Positions 10,934-20,394 are shown, counted from the first letter of the stretch. The stretch is DNA of 64,000 bases from an uncultured Methanosarcinaceae archaeon (GCA_963847185.1 CAWJYV010000010.1:256001-320000), one strand, 5' to 3'. Notes: generated by a model from the sequence alone, not told the origin. Program-made: numbers and translations.

Positions 10934-11911
10934 TTAACGTCCCCCTGGTCTCAAGAGAACCTTTTCTGTCCCAGTGTCCCTCAGCTCTCTTCCGGTATAG
11001 TGGACAAAAACATCATCCATTGACGGTTTTTTGAGGTTTACGGCCTTAATCCTGATGCCCCCATTTCGAAGTTTATCCATAATCTCAGGCAGCAGATAGG
11101 TACCATCCACGTTGACCATGACAACTATCCCTTTTGTTTTTTCCCTTACCCCTTTCACGCTTTCGAGTTTATTCAGCAAATCGGTAGCTGCCAGGTTGTC
11201 ACTGGTTTCCAGATATATAAGATCCTCGCCGAGTGCGTTTTTTAGCTCCCACGGTTTTCCTGTAACAATAATTTTCCCGTGATCTATTATGCTTATCCTG
11301 TCGCTGAGCTGGTCGGCTTCGTCCATATAATGTGTTGTCAGGAAAATAGTTGTTCCCTGCCGGTTAATGTCCCTCACATAATCCCAGATCCTTATTCGTG
11401 TCTGGGGGTCAAGCCCTATTGTAGGCTCGTCCATGAAAAGCACTTTAGGGCGGGTCATAAGCCCTCGTGCGATCTCAAGCCTGCGCTTCATCCCTCCACT
11501 CAGGTGCCTTGTCAGGGTATCACGCTTTCCTTCAAGCTCAACCAGGCCAAGAAGCTCCTCAATCCGTTCCTTCCTTTCAGCTTTTGGCATGGAATAGAGC
11601 CTTCCATGATATTCCAGAATTTCCTGCGCAGTCATATCCCTATCAAGAGTCAGCTCCTGAAAGACAATCCCTATGGATTCCCTGACCTTTTCTGGCTCGG
11701 TTTTCAAATCAAACCCCGCAATTTTTGCGCTTCCTCTCTGAACAGGCAGGAGAGTGATAAGAACATTGATTACAGTACTCTTTCCTGCTCCATTTGGCCC
11801 GAGAAATGAGAATATCTCTCCTTCAGTAACTGCAAAGCTGATATTATCGACTGCTTTTACCTCGCCGAAAAAGTACTCAAGGCTGTTTACTTCAATGATA
11901 TTGTTTTCCAG
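10934..11911 (-). CDS. ABC exporter ATP-binding protein (DrrA-like), probable CTG start
   Basis: The frame stays open upstream of the track ORF through Walker A GPNGAGKS to CTG at 11911 (ENNIIEV...); LSGGMKRR and DEPT motifs. Confidence 0.88.
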   Translation of the reverse strand: MENNIIEVNSLEYFFGEVKAVDNISFAVTEGEIFSFLGPNGAGKSTVINVLITLLPVQRGSAKIAGFDLKTEPEKVRESIGIVFQELTLDRDMTAQEILEYHGRLYSMPKAERKERIEELLGLVELEGKRDTLTRHLSGGMKRRLEIARGLMTRPKVLFMDEPTIGLDPQTRIRIWDYVRDINRQGTTIFLTTHYMDEADQLSDRISIIDHGKIIVTGKPWELKNALGEDLIYLETSDNLAATDLLNKLESVKGVREKTKGIVVMVNVDGTYLLPEIMDKLRNGGIRIKAVNLKKPSMDDVFVHYTGRELRDTGTEKVLLRPGGR

Positions 11912-12205
11912 AATCAGTACCCCATCTGCCTTTTCCCATTAGGAAATTGAACCTTCAATGATAAATCGTTTTTTATAGACGTTTTTACAGAAAGGATATG
12001 GCTGATGAATCTGGATAAATATGGATAAATCTAAGAAGCCTTTGTGCAGGGCCTTTCAGGTGGATCCTTGAATCAAAGCAGGTGAATCTTTGAATCAAAG
12101 GCTATAGAACTAGAAATTGAAGAATAAAAATTAAAGAGAGAATAAAGCAGTGAAAAAGCACTGTAGCTTCTTTGCTATTCCCGGATCTTTTCTATGTCTG
12201 GCTCT

Positions 12206-12813
12206 TTACTGAGGCGGCATTAAAACCTTATCTATCTGGTGAATCACACCATTGCTGGCCTTAATATCTGCTTCTGTTATATTTGCGCCTCCAACCTGAA
12301 CGCCGTTAGCTGTCACATTGATAGTGAGTTCCGCTCCTTCAAGTGTCTTTACACTTGTCATATTTTCAAGATCGTTTTTCATCAGTATTTTATCCCCGAC
12401 AACGTGGTAAGTCAGGACTTTTGTGAGCTCCTTGGTATTATTTTCAAGTGCAGGAACTGCATTTTCAGGAAGTTCGGCAAAGGCTTCATCAGTCGGAGCA
12501 AAAACAGTATAAAATCCGTTCTCCGGCCAGAGACCTTTTCAAGTCCTGCAGAATTGATAAGTTCAACTAAGGTTACGAAATTTCTGTCAGCTAATACTTG
12601 CATAACGTTTCTATCGCTTTTCTCTACAACATTTGTAACTTCTTGAGGAACCCCTTCAGCTTCCTTAGTCAAATTCTCGCTTTTATTTTCCACTTTTTTG
12701 GTTTCATTATATGCTCTTTCAGTTTCATTTTTCTCTGTTTTTTGAGCACAACCGGAAGCAAATACTAGTGAAATGACCAGCAATACGATAAGCACAGCTC
12801 CGAAAAGTTTCAT
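12206..12813 (-). pseudogene. Fasciclin (FAS1) domain lipoprotein, frameshifted near 12525
   Basis: Lipobox ASGC; the second frame gives YTVFAPTDEAF...YHVV...NGVIHQIDKVLMP*; net +2 nt. Confidence 0.85.
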
Positions 12814-13205
12814 TTTCCTGATAATTTCTACCCCCTTTCATTTCATACAATATGCAAAATAGAAATGCACATAATAGAAATGTACATCTATAGATTAATA
12901 TATATCAAGCTTTATATAATTTGTCTCTGACACGCTGCACATTTCCCGCAGAGATTTCTTAAAAAACAGCTTCGTTGGATAAATGGAATCTCTGAAATGA
13001 AGCATCAAATGCCCAAGATTAGCAAAAGCCGGTAACGTAACATAGGCACTGGAAGAAAATAATGAGCTATCATCCTAATGAGCTATCATCCTGAAACTCA
13101 GAAGGAAAAAAGCGGTGATTCTCATAGTAAAGAGTGGTGATTCTCACATTGGAGTTTTCAAATCACCCTTTTTGTCAAATAATTCGATTATATGCTTACA
13201 TTAAT

Positions 13206-13604
13206 TTATTGAGAAAACAAACTGGCTACAAGATAAGAGCCCAGCATGAAGTTCATAATCCATAAAATTGCAAGAGTTTGCATATTCCTTTTATTTTTCC
13301 ATGCTCTTTTGATTTTCAAGCTTCCTTTGTTTATCACAAAGATAAATCCAATAAACAAGACAATAATTCCTGTTAAACTATGGATTAAAACCAAAGGAGA
13401 AACATTACCAGAAACTACAGAATAATATACAAACGATAACATCCGAGGAAGAGATAAAATCACAAGCAGATATGAAAATGTAAGTATTGTATCATGGATT
13501 TTTAATTTATACTTCTTAAATTTACCTAGTCTCATTTTCATCGCAATGGATCCTGCTATTACAAGAATTAAGGCTATCACTTGAAAAGAACCTGGGATCA
13601 ACAC
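13206..13604 (-). CDS. Small 4-TM membrane protein (His-containing helices)
   Basis: Hydrophobic 132-aa ORF. Confidence 0.65.
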   Translation of the reverse strand: MLIPGSFQVIALILVIAGSIAMKMRLGKFKKYKLKIHDTILTFSYLLVILSLPRMLSFVYYSVVSGNVSPLVLIHSLTGIIVLFIGFIFVINKGSLKIKRAWKNKRNMQTLAILWIMNFMLGSYLVASLFSQ

Positions 13605-13729
13605 CCCTCCATAGATAATTATTTTTATCGAAGTTTCAGGGCTACTAACATATTAGGTTTTTGTGTAATATTATTTTTATAATTCGGTTTTTACTTCGGT
13701 TTCTAAAAAAACGGATTAAAATATATTTA

Positions 13730-14227
13730 GGGTCCTTCAAAATCAATGTGTAACTTAAGATCCCAGAATGCTTATTTCAAGCTATATACATATAATTAAA
13801 GTTCCCAAACTAAAAATACGCTCCAAAAATCAAAATTTTAAGTAACTTAAGATCCCAGAATGCTTATTTCAAGCTATATACATATAATTAAAGTTCCCAA
13901 ACTAAAAATACGCTCCAAAAATCAAAATTTTAAGATAATAAATGAAATTAAGCTCTGAAATCGATAACTGAATATAATAGGAGCTTCATTTTTTACAAAC
14001 TATATTTATTTGGAACTACGACATCCAACTACATTTTTCTATATGCTAAGTTTAACATTAAAAAAGATTAATAAGCTTTTAAAAATTAAATTGAGTGTAT
14101 TACTCTTTTTAAATACAAAATAGACTATTTTACGTCTGTATTTTACTCTGGGGAACAATGAAAAAACATCTAATCTAGAAAATAAGGTCTATTAATCCTT
14201 AAAAAGTGAACTAATTTTTAAGAACCC
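13730..14227. mobile_element. MITE-like element with imperfect terminal inverted repeats and a TA duplication
   Basis: TTAGGGTCCTTCAAAATCA at 13727 versus TAATTTTTAAGAACCCTAA ending 14230 (16/19 match); flanked by TA on both sides; no ORF. Confidence 0.6.
13750..13934. repeat. Perfect 92-bp tandem duplication (x2)
   Basis: GTAACTTAAGATCCCAGAATG... starts at 13750 and again at 13842. Confidence 0.95.
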
Positions 14228-14344
14228 TAACATATATGTAAAGAAAAAAAGCTTATTTTTAGCTAAGGCAACTTTAGGAAGAGAGAATAATTAGTTTTTG
14301 ACTTGATAACTTCTGAAAATTGGTTGTGCATTATTTATAAAAAC

Positions 14345-14377
14345 GTGCGTTGCATTTTTTCACGTTACCTATACCCC
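14345..14377. mobile_element. Probable casposon terminal inverted repeat (element end)
   Basis: Reverse complement GGGGTATAGGTAACGTGAAAAAATGCAACGCAC resembles the M. mazei casposon TIR as recalled (GGGATATAGGTAACTCAAAAAACGCAACG); 400 bp from a casposase tail; not database-verified. Confidence 0.55.
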
Positions 14378-14385
14378 GCGCTAAA

Positions 14386-14428
14386 CAGGCTGTCCGACAA
14401 CTACCAAAGGTAATTGTCGGACAGCCTG
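14386..14428. repeat. 43-bp near-perfect palindrome made of IS1182-like ends
   Basis: CAGGCTGTCCGACAA...TTGTCGGACAGCCTG; resembles CAGGCTGTCTCATAA at the IS1182 end at 59234. Confidence 0.7.
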
Positions 14429-14451
14429 ACATATAGGGGTTTACTGTATAG

Positions 14452-14577
14452 ATGCTTGAAATCGAAAGTGGTACTCAGCCGGTTTGGTATAAAAACAAAT
14501 TATTCATTAGAGTTGGGGCAGGTCAAAAGGAAGTTACAGGGGAAGAAACAAATTCGGTATACAATCTGTTTAAATAA
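14452..14577 (+). pseudogene. C-terminal remnant of a Schlafen/AlbA_2-like protein
   Basis: MLEIESGTQPVWYKNKLFIRVGAGQKEVTGEETNSVYNLFK* fits the PV.Y...F.IR.G.....G.E...Y pattern; 5' part lost. Confidence 0.5.
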
Positions 14578-14687
14578 ACTCCTTAAATAACCCTTTCCAG
14601 TATTGAAATATATCACGAATTTTACTAAGAGGTGGAAAATAATTAGTATTTTACACATATTTTACACCTCCTATTGATGCTGTTTTA

Positions 14688-14791
14688 TTATTTACTGTAA
14701 AATTTGCAATTTCTTTTGATACCGTTTTACTATTTTACTTGTAAAATTTACATTTTACAGTAAAAGTGTGCGCATTTTTACTTTTGGCCTG
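14688..14791 (-). mobile_element. Casposase last codons plus conserved downstream palindromic block (relic 1)
   Basis: GGC CAA AAG TAA (GQK*) followed by TTTTAC-N-GTAAAA blocks homologous to 47450-47515 and 52606-52670. Confidence 0.6.
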
Positions 14792-14875
14792 CTTGACCGT
14801 TAAAAAGGGGATTATCTTAAAATCAGAGTATGTTTAAACTTTATTGACATACTACCTAAAGATAATATAAGGAGT

Positions 14876-15280
14876 ATGATACTATTGAACGAAGCTCTAC
14901 TCATCGCTCCCTGCGGAATGAATTGTTGCATTTGCGTGGCTTACTTAAGGAAGAAAAATAAATGTCCAGGATGTAGAATTGATGCTAACAAACCTATTAC
15001 TCGAGTCATATGCAAAATAAAAACATGTGAAACTTTAACAAAAAACGAATTAACATTTTGTTTTGAATGTGAAAGCTTTCCTTGCAAAAATTTAAAGCAT
15101 CTGGACAAAAGGTATCGTACCAGATACAGTATGAGTATGATTGAAAATTTTGAAAACATTAAAAAACTTGGCATAGAGGAATTTCTAAGAAATGAAAAAA
15201 TAAGATGGACATGCACCGAATGCGGCGGCACAATCTGTGTTCATAAAGGCTATTGTTATAACTGCGGGAGAAAAATTTGA
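14876..15280 (+). CDS. DUF3795 Cys-rich (Zn/Fe-S) protein, copy 1
   Basis: IAPCGMNC..C.AY....CPGC...C.IK.C.....FC.EC..FPC; C-terminal CxxC..C.H...CxxC. Confidence 0.88.
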   Translation: MILLNEALLIAPCGMNCCICVAYLRKKNKCPGCRIDANKPITRVICKIKTCETLTKNELTFCFECESFPCKNLKHLDKRYRTRYSMSMIENFENIKKLGIEEFLRNEKIRWTCTECGGTICVHKGYCYNCGRKI

Positions 15281-15337
15281 ATTAAAAATTTTGCCTCTGG
15301 AGGTTTGACGAACTCTAATTTACCGTATATTATGTGC

Positions 15338-15408
15338 ATAATAATTGCTCACTTCAATTATTGCTCACATAATAATTGCTCACATCAATTATTGCTCACA
15401 TCAATTGC
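15338..15408. repeat. ATTGCTCAC x4 at about 15-16 bp spacing
   Basis: Direct reading. Confidence 0.8.
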
Positions 15409-15494
15409 CTTCACTTCTAATATTTTTAAGGCATAAGGAAACTTTTCATACTGGTGCGGAGATATTAGCTATTTAAATAAAATAAAGGGGACTA

Positions 15495-16097
15495 TTGGAA
15501 TTGGTTTCTTCCAAAATTACTACTGTTTTTTCTCTGATCGCATTTGCAGCTATTCATAGCCTGACTGCGAGCCTGCCCTTCAAACGCTTAATCATGAGGG
15601 TTACTGGTCCCGGAGCAGAAAAGCTCTATCTGCCGGCATACAGCCTCCTTACAGTGCTGACGATATTCCCGCTTGTTTATCAGCTATTTAAAAATCCGGG
15701 GCGGGTTCTCTACAAAATACCTTCGCCCTGGCGCTGGCTCATGGTAGGAGGGCAATTAATTGCCGGAATTCTTGCCCCCATGGCTTTTCGGGATGCTCCG
15801 CATCGGTTCGAAATTCGCTCGCAGCTATCCGGCCCACAGGCTTCCGAAAAAGGTTCCCTGAAAATTAGAGGTATTTACCGCTGGGTAAGGGACCCCTTTT
15901 TACTATCGGGACTGGTCATGATCTGGTTCACTCCCATTATGACCGTCAATCTGCTTATCGTATACCTTTTGACCACTATCTATCTGTTTCTTGGGTCCCT
16001 GCACTGGGAGACAAGGCTGGTGGCGCAATTCGGTGACGAATACCGGGAGTACCAGAAAAGAGTTCACAGAATAATTCCCATTAAGGGGAAGCGTTAA
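15495..16097 (+). CDS. Isoprenylcysteine carboxyl methyltransferase / NnrU-like membrane protein
   Basis: GIYRWVRDP...E.RLVAQFGDEYREYQKRV. Confidence 0.85.
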   Translation: MELVSSKITTVFSLIAFAAIHSLTASLPFKRLIMRVTGPGAEKLYLPAYSLLTVLTIFPLVYQLFKNPGRVLYKIPSPWRWLMVGGQLIAGILAPMAFRDAPHRFEIRSQLSGPQASEKGSLKIRGIYRWVRDPFLLSGLVMIWFTPIMTVNLLIVYLLTTIYLFLGSLHWETRLVAQFGDEYREYQKRVHRIIPIKGKR

Positions 16098-16216
16098 AGA
16101 ATCGATTAATCCCTAGTATAATATATAACGCTAAATATAATTAAAGCACAATTTAACGTAAATCTCGGAAATACCATAAACCATACCCGGGCGAAACCGG
16201 CAGGCTGGCAAAGCTT

Positions 16217-16699
16217 ATGATAAAAGCAGGCAGTTCCTTTTTTCATAATGGAAAACGCGGTACTATTGGCGCTGTAATCTCGCTCAAAGGAGTGCTTTAC
16301 ATGGTCACGGTTTCTCATGTTTTTCGGAAGGAAGGAGATCGCCTGACAGTTGACGGAGATAAATTTGTCGTTACGCGAATCTTGAAAGACCACGATTTAG
16401 CCCTTATAGCTCTCCCTCCTGATACTTCGGTTGAAATCACGGAATTTGGCAGCCCGATCGAACTGGAACTGGCTGAGCTTATTAATGATACCCGTGTTAT
16501 CCATTACTGCAGGGTGGTTAATTCCGGGGCCTTATTGCTTTTTCTGGGCTTCCAGTGTCATGATATGCCGGGACCGGAAGATAGCGGCTCTCCTATCGTG
16601 CAGGCAGGGAAGGTAATAGGAATAATGTCCTCGACAACGCTGGACACCTGCATGGGAATGGCGTTTTCATCTAAATTTCTCCGCAGTCTGGAATTATAA
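16217..16699 (+). CDS. Small trypsin-like serine protease domain protein
   Basis: VTVSHV (His), HDLALI (Asp), EDSGSPIV..GKVIGI (Ser). Confidence 0.75.
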   Translation: MIKAGSSFFHNGKRGTIGAVISLKGVLYMVTVSHVFRKEGDRLTVDGDKFVVTRILKDHDLALIALPPDTSVEITEFGSPIELELAELINDTRVIHYCRVVNSGALLLFLGFQCHDMPGPEDSGSPIVQAGKVIGIMSSTTLDTCMGMAFSSKFLRSLEL

Positions 16700-16773
16700 G
16701 AATGCTAAGACAAGATGCTAAGATGCTGAAAATTAATTTCACATGCGATTTTACTTCATATTTTATCCTAAAT

Positions 16774-17841
16774 TCACTCTTTCTGCAGGTAAAAAGCAAT
16801 TGGAAAGCCAACTAAAGTAGGAATCCAGAATGAAAAAACCCTGTAACTGAGTATGGCAACAACCGCAATCGAACCAGGAACTCCAAGGCCCGTGTAAAGG
16901 GCAGCCATTGTACTCTCCACTATGCCTATTCCTCCCGGAAGGAGAAAAGCCATTTTTCCAAAGAGAAGGGGAAGGCCATATCCCACCAGCAGTATTTCGG
17001 GTCCAATTGGATATCCTGCAGCTATGAAAAAGAAGTAAAGAGTGAGCATATCAAAACCCGTGGAAATACCAGTTCCCAGTGCAGGCCTCTGCCAGCCTCC
17101 ATTACCCAGCATCTCGAGAGCTGCAAACATCCTGCCTGCTAAGATTTCGGCTGGAGCAGGGTCATAGGGTTTATGCAGGATCCGGGAAAAGTACGCTCCT
17201 ATCCTTACAATCATGCGTGTGAAACCTGCCCTGTTTCCTTTTCCCCAGCTGACAGCCAGGAGGCAAAGGCTAAGTAAAGCCAGGATCAGAAGAAAGATAA
17301 AGAACTGAACTGAAGAAAGCTTGTGGACTAATAAGAGATGCAGCATTCCGGCTATAGACAGTAACATTAAAGTTGCATTATTGAAAATTGTGGGCAGGGT
17401 GCCTGCAAGCCCAGAACCTTCTGCGCTGACGCCATGTTTCCTTACCCAGCGATAAGTGGCAGCCGCATTCCCAAAGGTGCCTCCTGCAAGCATTCCTATA
17501 CTTGAAGCTGCGAGTGTTATCAAAACTCCTTTTAACACTGAGAGGCGCTGGTCTACAATTGATACAACCGAATGCATGAGATAGCCAGTCCCCAGGTAAC
17601 TGATGATCTGGGCAAGAGCTGCAAGCAGCACAGCCCATAAAGTCATTGTCTTGATGACGTTAAGGGATGCTTCGACTGAGGCAAGTTGAGGGAGAATCAG
17701 GTGAACGGCCAATCCCGTCAGGATAAGGGTTGGAAGGTAACGGCCTGCCTTTAAAACCAGAGGTGGAGGAGATGTCAAGATTCTATAATTACGTTTTTCG
17801 TTTTTTTGTTCAACTCCATTTTCATTCCTGAAGCTATCCAT
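16774..17841 (-). CDS. Lysylphosphatidylglycerol synthase TM / UPF0104 flippase-like protein
   Basis: PGGIGIVE and YRVFSFWIP motifs; multi-TM. Confidence 0.88.
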   Translation of the reverse strand: MDSFRNENGVEQKNEKRNYRILTSPPPLVLKAGRYLPTLILTGLAVHLILPQLASVEASLNVIKTMTLWAVLLAALAQIISYLGTGYLMHSVVSIVDQRLSVLKGVLITLAASSIGMLAGGTFGNAAATYRWVRKHGVSAEGSGLAGTLPTIFNNATLMLLSIAGMLHLLLVHKLSSVQFFIFLLILALLSLCLLAVSWGKGNRAGFTRMIVRIGAYFSRILHKPYDPAPAEILAGRMFAALEMLGNGGWQRPALGTGISTGFDMLTLYFFFIAAGYPIGPEILLVGYGLPLLFGKMAFLLPGGIGIVESTMAALYTGLGVPGSIAVVAILSYRVFSFWIPTLVGFPIAFYLQKE

Positions 17842-18037
17842 TTTTCATTCCTCTTATCCTGAACACGTTTATTTTATTCATCTCTCAAAGTCATTTTTTA
17901 ATATTATGGGTATCATTATAGGCTCAAAGTTTATACGTGAAAGACAAGATACTCTTGAAAAATTATAATTAATTTCTTAAAATATTTTATAGTAAAATAT
18001 CACAGCTTTTAATAATTATTAAGGATAATTCATTCCC

Positions 18038-18310
18038 ATGGCAGAGAGAGTATATATTCTTATTCCTATTATTTATGCTGTTCTCAACGCAGTTTCTTTT
18101 GCTCTATATGGTATGGATAAATTCAAGGCAAAAAGGGATAAATGGAGAGTTTCAGAACAGACTTTACTTGTTGTCTCTCTTTTCGGGCCAATCGGTGCCT
18201 GGCTTGGTATGCAATATTTCAGGCATAAGACTCAGAAACCCATGTTCAGATATCTGATTCCTTTATTTATAGGAGTTCACATTATCTTTGTGTTCTGGAA
18301 TAGTCTGTAA
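18038..18310 (+). CDS. DUF1294 membrane protein
   Basis: YGMDK.KA...WRVSE..L...FRHKTQK. Confidence 0.9.
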   Translation: MAERVYILIPIIYAVLNAVSFALYGMDKFKAKRDKWRVSEQTLLVVSLFGPIGAWLGMQYFRHKTQKPMFRYLIPLFIGVHIIFVFWNSL

Positions 18311-18733
18311 GCCAAAGAAAATTGGTTCCAGGCTTTTTGGTTGCTGAGTTTTCGGAGATTTCTTCAAAATATAACATTTCTCTTGTTATCGTTTTTGGAG
18401 AGTTATTCGAAAATTTGCATTTATTATCTCAACTGAAGCTTAGAAAAATAGCTGATGAAGTTTTCAATGAAGGCAAAATGCAGAAAATTTTAGGAAATTT
18501 CAAAAATATTTGTTTGAGTAAACAAGATTGTTTTCAGAAAAAACGATAGCAAGAAAAATTGTGAAAATTGAAGACCTGCGGAAAGTCGGATTATGATAAG
18601 TTTTAGGAAAAAGAGTTGTAATAAAAGAACTATTACCGAAAGGAGTAAAAAAAGTATTTTAAGATAAAAAGTTAAATTTCAGATAGATTATAAAAAATTC
18701 AAAATTTCGGAAATTTCGGAGATTTGAATGGAA

Positions 18734-19018
18734 TCACTTGGATAATTCCTCTTCTACCTCTTCAGCTCCTTCTTCAAGTTCCTTCTTTTGCTGGGGGTCA
18801 AACCGAAGTAAGAGAGCCTGAAACTCGCCTATGTGTGTTTTTTCTTCCTTTGCGATATCCAGAAGGATGGTTCTGATATCTGGATTCTTGGTCAGATTTG
18901 CCATCTGTTCATAAAGGTTTATGGCATCGAGCTCTGCTATCATCCCTGCTCTGAGAATTTCTTTATCAAGGTCTTCTGCAGATATGCTTTTAAGGTCGAT
19001 CGGTATTTGAGACAACAT
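18734..19018 (-). CDS. Ferritin-like protein (encapsulin-associated ferritin/rubrerythrin type)
   Basis: AELDAINLYEQ...EEKTHIGEF di-iron motif. Confidence 0.85.
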   Translation of the reverse strand: MLSQIPIDLKSISAEDLDKEILRAGMIAELDAINLYEQMANLTKNPDIRTILLDIAKEEKTHIGEFQALLLRFDPQQKKELEEGAEEVEEELSK

Positions 19019-19161
19019 ATATTACTTACTCCTTCTTTTTTATATGCATATCAAGTAATAAATATTTTACCAAACTGAATAATTTTTTAAGTTTTTGAAG
19101 CTTTCATTCTTAAAACTTTTACATTCATTGACCTTTCCGGGACCAGGATAATATCTATGGC

Positions 19162-20310
19162 TTATCCTGGGTAGTTGATCCTGTAAATCGCATTGTTTTT
19201 ATCATCCGATACAAGCAGAGCTCCGTCAGGCATTACAAGAACATCAACAGGCCTTCCCCAGGCTGCAAGCCCCTGCAGCCATCCCTCGGCAAAGGGCTCG
19301 TAACTCACAGCTTTTCCGTTTTCCATTTTTACAAGGGTAACTCTGTATCCGATTGGGATTTTCCTGTTCCAGGAACCGTGCTCGGCAATAAAGATCTGGT
19401 TTCTGTACTCTTCAGGAAACATTGTGCCTGTGTAAAAGGTCATCCCAAGAGCAGCCACATGAGGACCCAGTTTAATCTCAGGAGCTGTGAATTCCGAACA
19501 GTTCCTAAGTCCTCCGAATTCAGGGTCAGGAATATCACCTGCATGGCAGTAGGGGAATCCAAAATGCATTCCCTGTACGGGTGCCCTGTTCAGTTCATCA
19601 GGAGGTAAATCATCTCCCAGCCAGTCTCGCCCATTATCCGTAAACCATAACTCCCCCGTTTCAGGGTTCCAGTCAAAACCTACTGTGTTCCTGATCCCCT
19701 TTGCAAAAATCTCAGGCTGGCTTCCGTCAGGCTCCATCCTCATAATCGTCCCGTAGCGTTCATCTTCCCCTTCTTTATTACAGACATTGCAGGGCATTCC
19801 CACAGGAACGTACAGCTTTCCGTCAGGTCCGAACTTGATATATTTCCAGCCGTGTGCCTGGTCTGATGGGAAATTATCATTAACGACAACGGGATCAGGC
19901 GGGTTTTCAAGCCTTGATTCTATATTATCGTAGCGAAGTACCCTGGAAATTTCGGCAACATATAGCGAACCGTTCCTGAAAGCAACGCCATTTGGCATAT
20001 TCAGGTCTTCAGCAAGCACAAGCACGTTATCAGCTTTACTGTCGTTGTTCCTGTCAAGAACTGCATAAACCTTTCCTGCATCCCTGCTTCCGACAAAAAG
20101 AGTGCCGTCAGGACTCAGGGCCATTGACCTTGCACCTTCAATATTTTCTGCATAATAATCGATGGAAAAACCTGGCGGAAGCCTGATACAGGCAGGACCT
20201 GTTCCGTTTTCTCCGCAATCGTTTAATGGAATGGTTCTCAGGACGGCATAAGTTGCGAAAATAAGGAAAATTAAGACAAAAAGCCCAAGTATTATATTTC
20301 TCCCTTTCAT
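19162..20310 (-). CDS. PQQ-dependent sugar/sorbosone dehydrogenase family beta-propeller
   Basis: GIRNTVGFDW, PPDELN, EHGSWNR and GRPVDV motifs; N-terminal anchor. Confidence 0.9.
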   Translation of the reverse strand: MKGRNIILGLFVLIFLIFATYAVLRTIPLNDCGENGTGPACIRLPPGFSIDYYAENIEGARSMALSPDGTLFVGSRDAGKVYAVLDRNNDSKADNVLVLAEDLNMPNGVAFRNGSLYVAEISRVLRYDNIESRLENPPDPVVVNDNFPSDQAHGWKYIKFGPDGKLYVPVGMPCNVCNKEGEDERYGTIMRMEPDGSQPEIFAKGIRNTVGFDWNPETGELWFTDNGRDWLGDDLPPDELNRAPVQGMHFGFPYCHAGDIPDPEFGGLRNCSEFTAPEIKLGPHVAALGMTFYTGTMFPEEYRNQIFIAEHGSWNRKIPIGYRVTLVKMENGKAVSYEPFAEGWLQGLAAWGRPVDVLVMPDGALLVSDDKNNAIYRINYPG

Positions 20311-20394
20311 TTTCCCCTCCAGTTAGCTCTAGATTGATTGTTACCATCTAGCTCTAAATTGATTTTTTAAAACTAATTGTCATTAAATTAGTTG

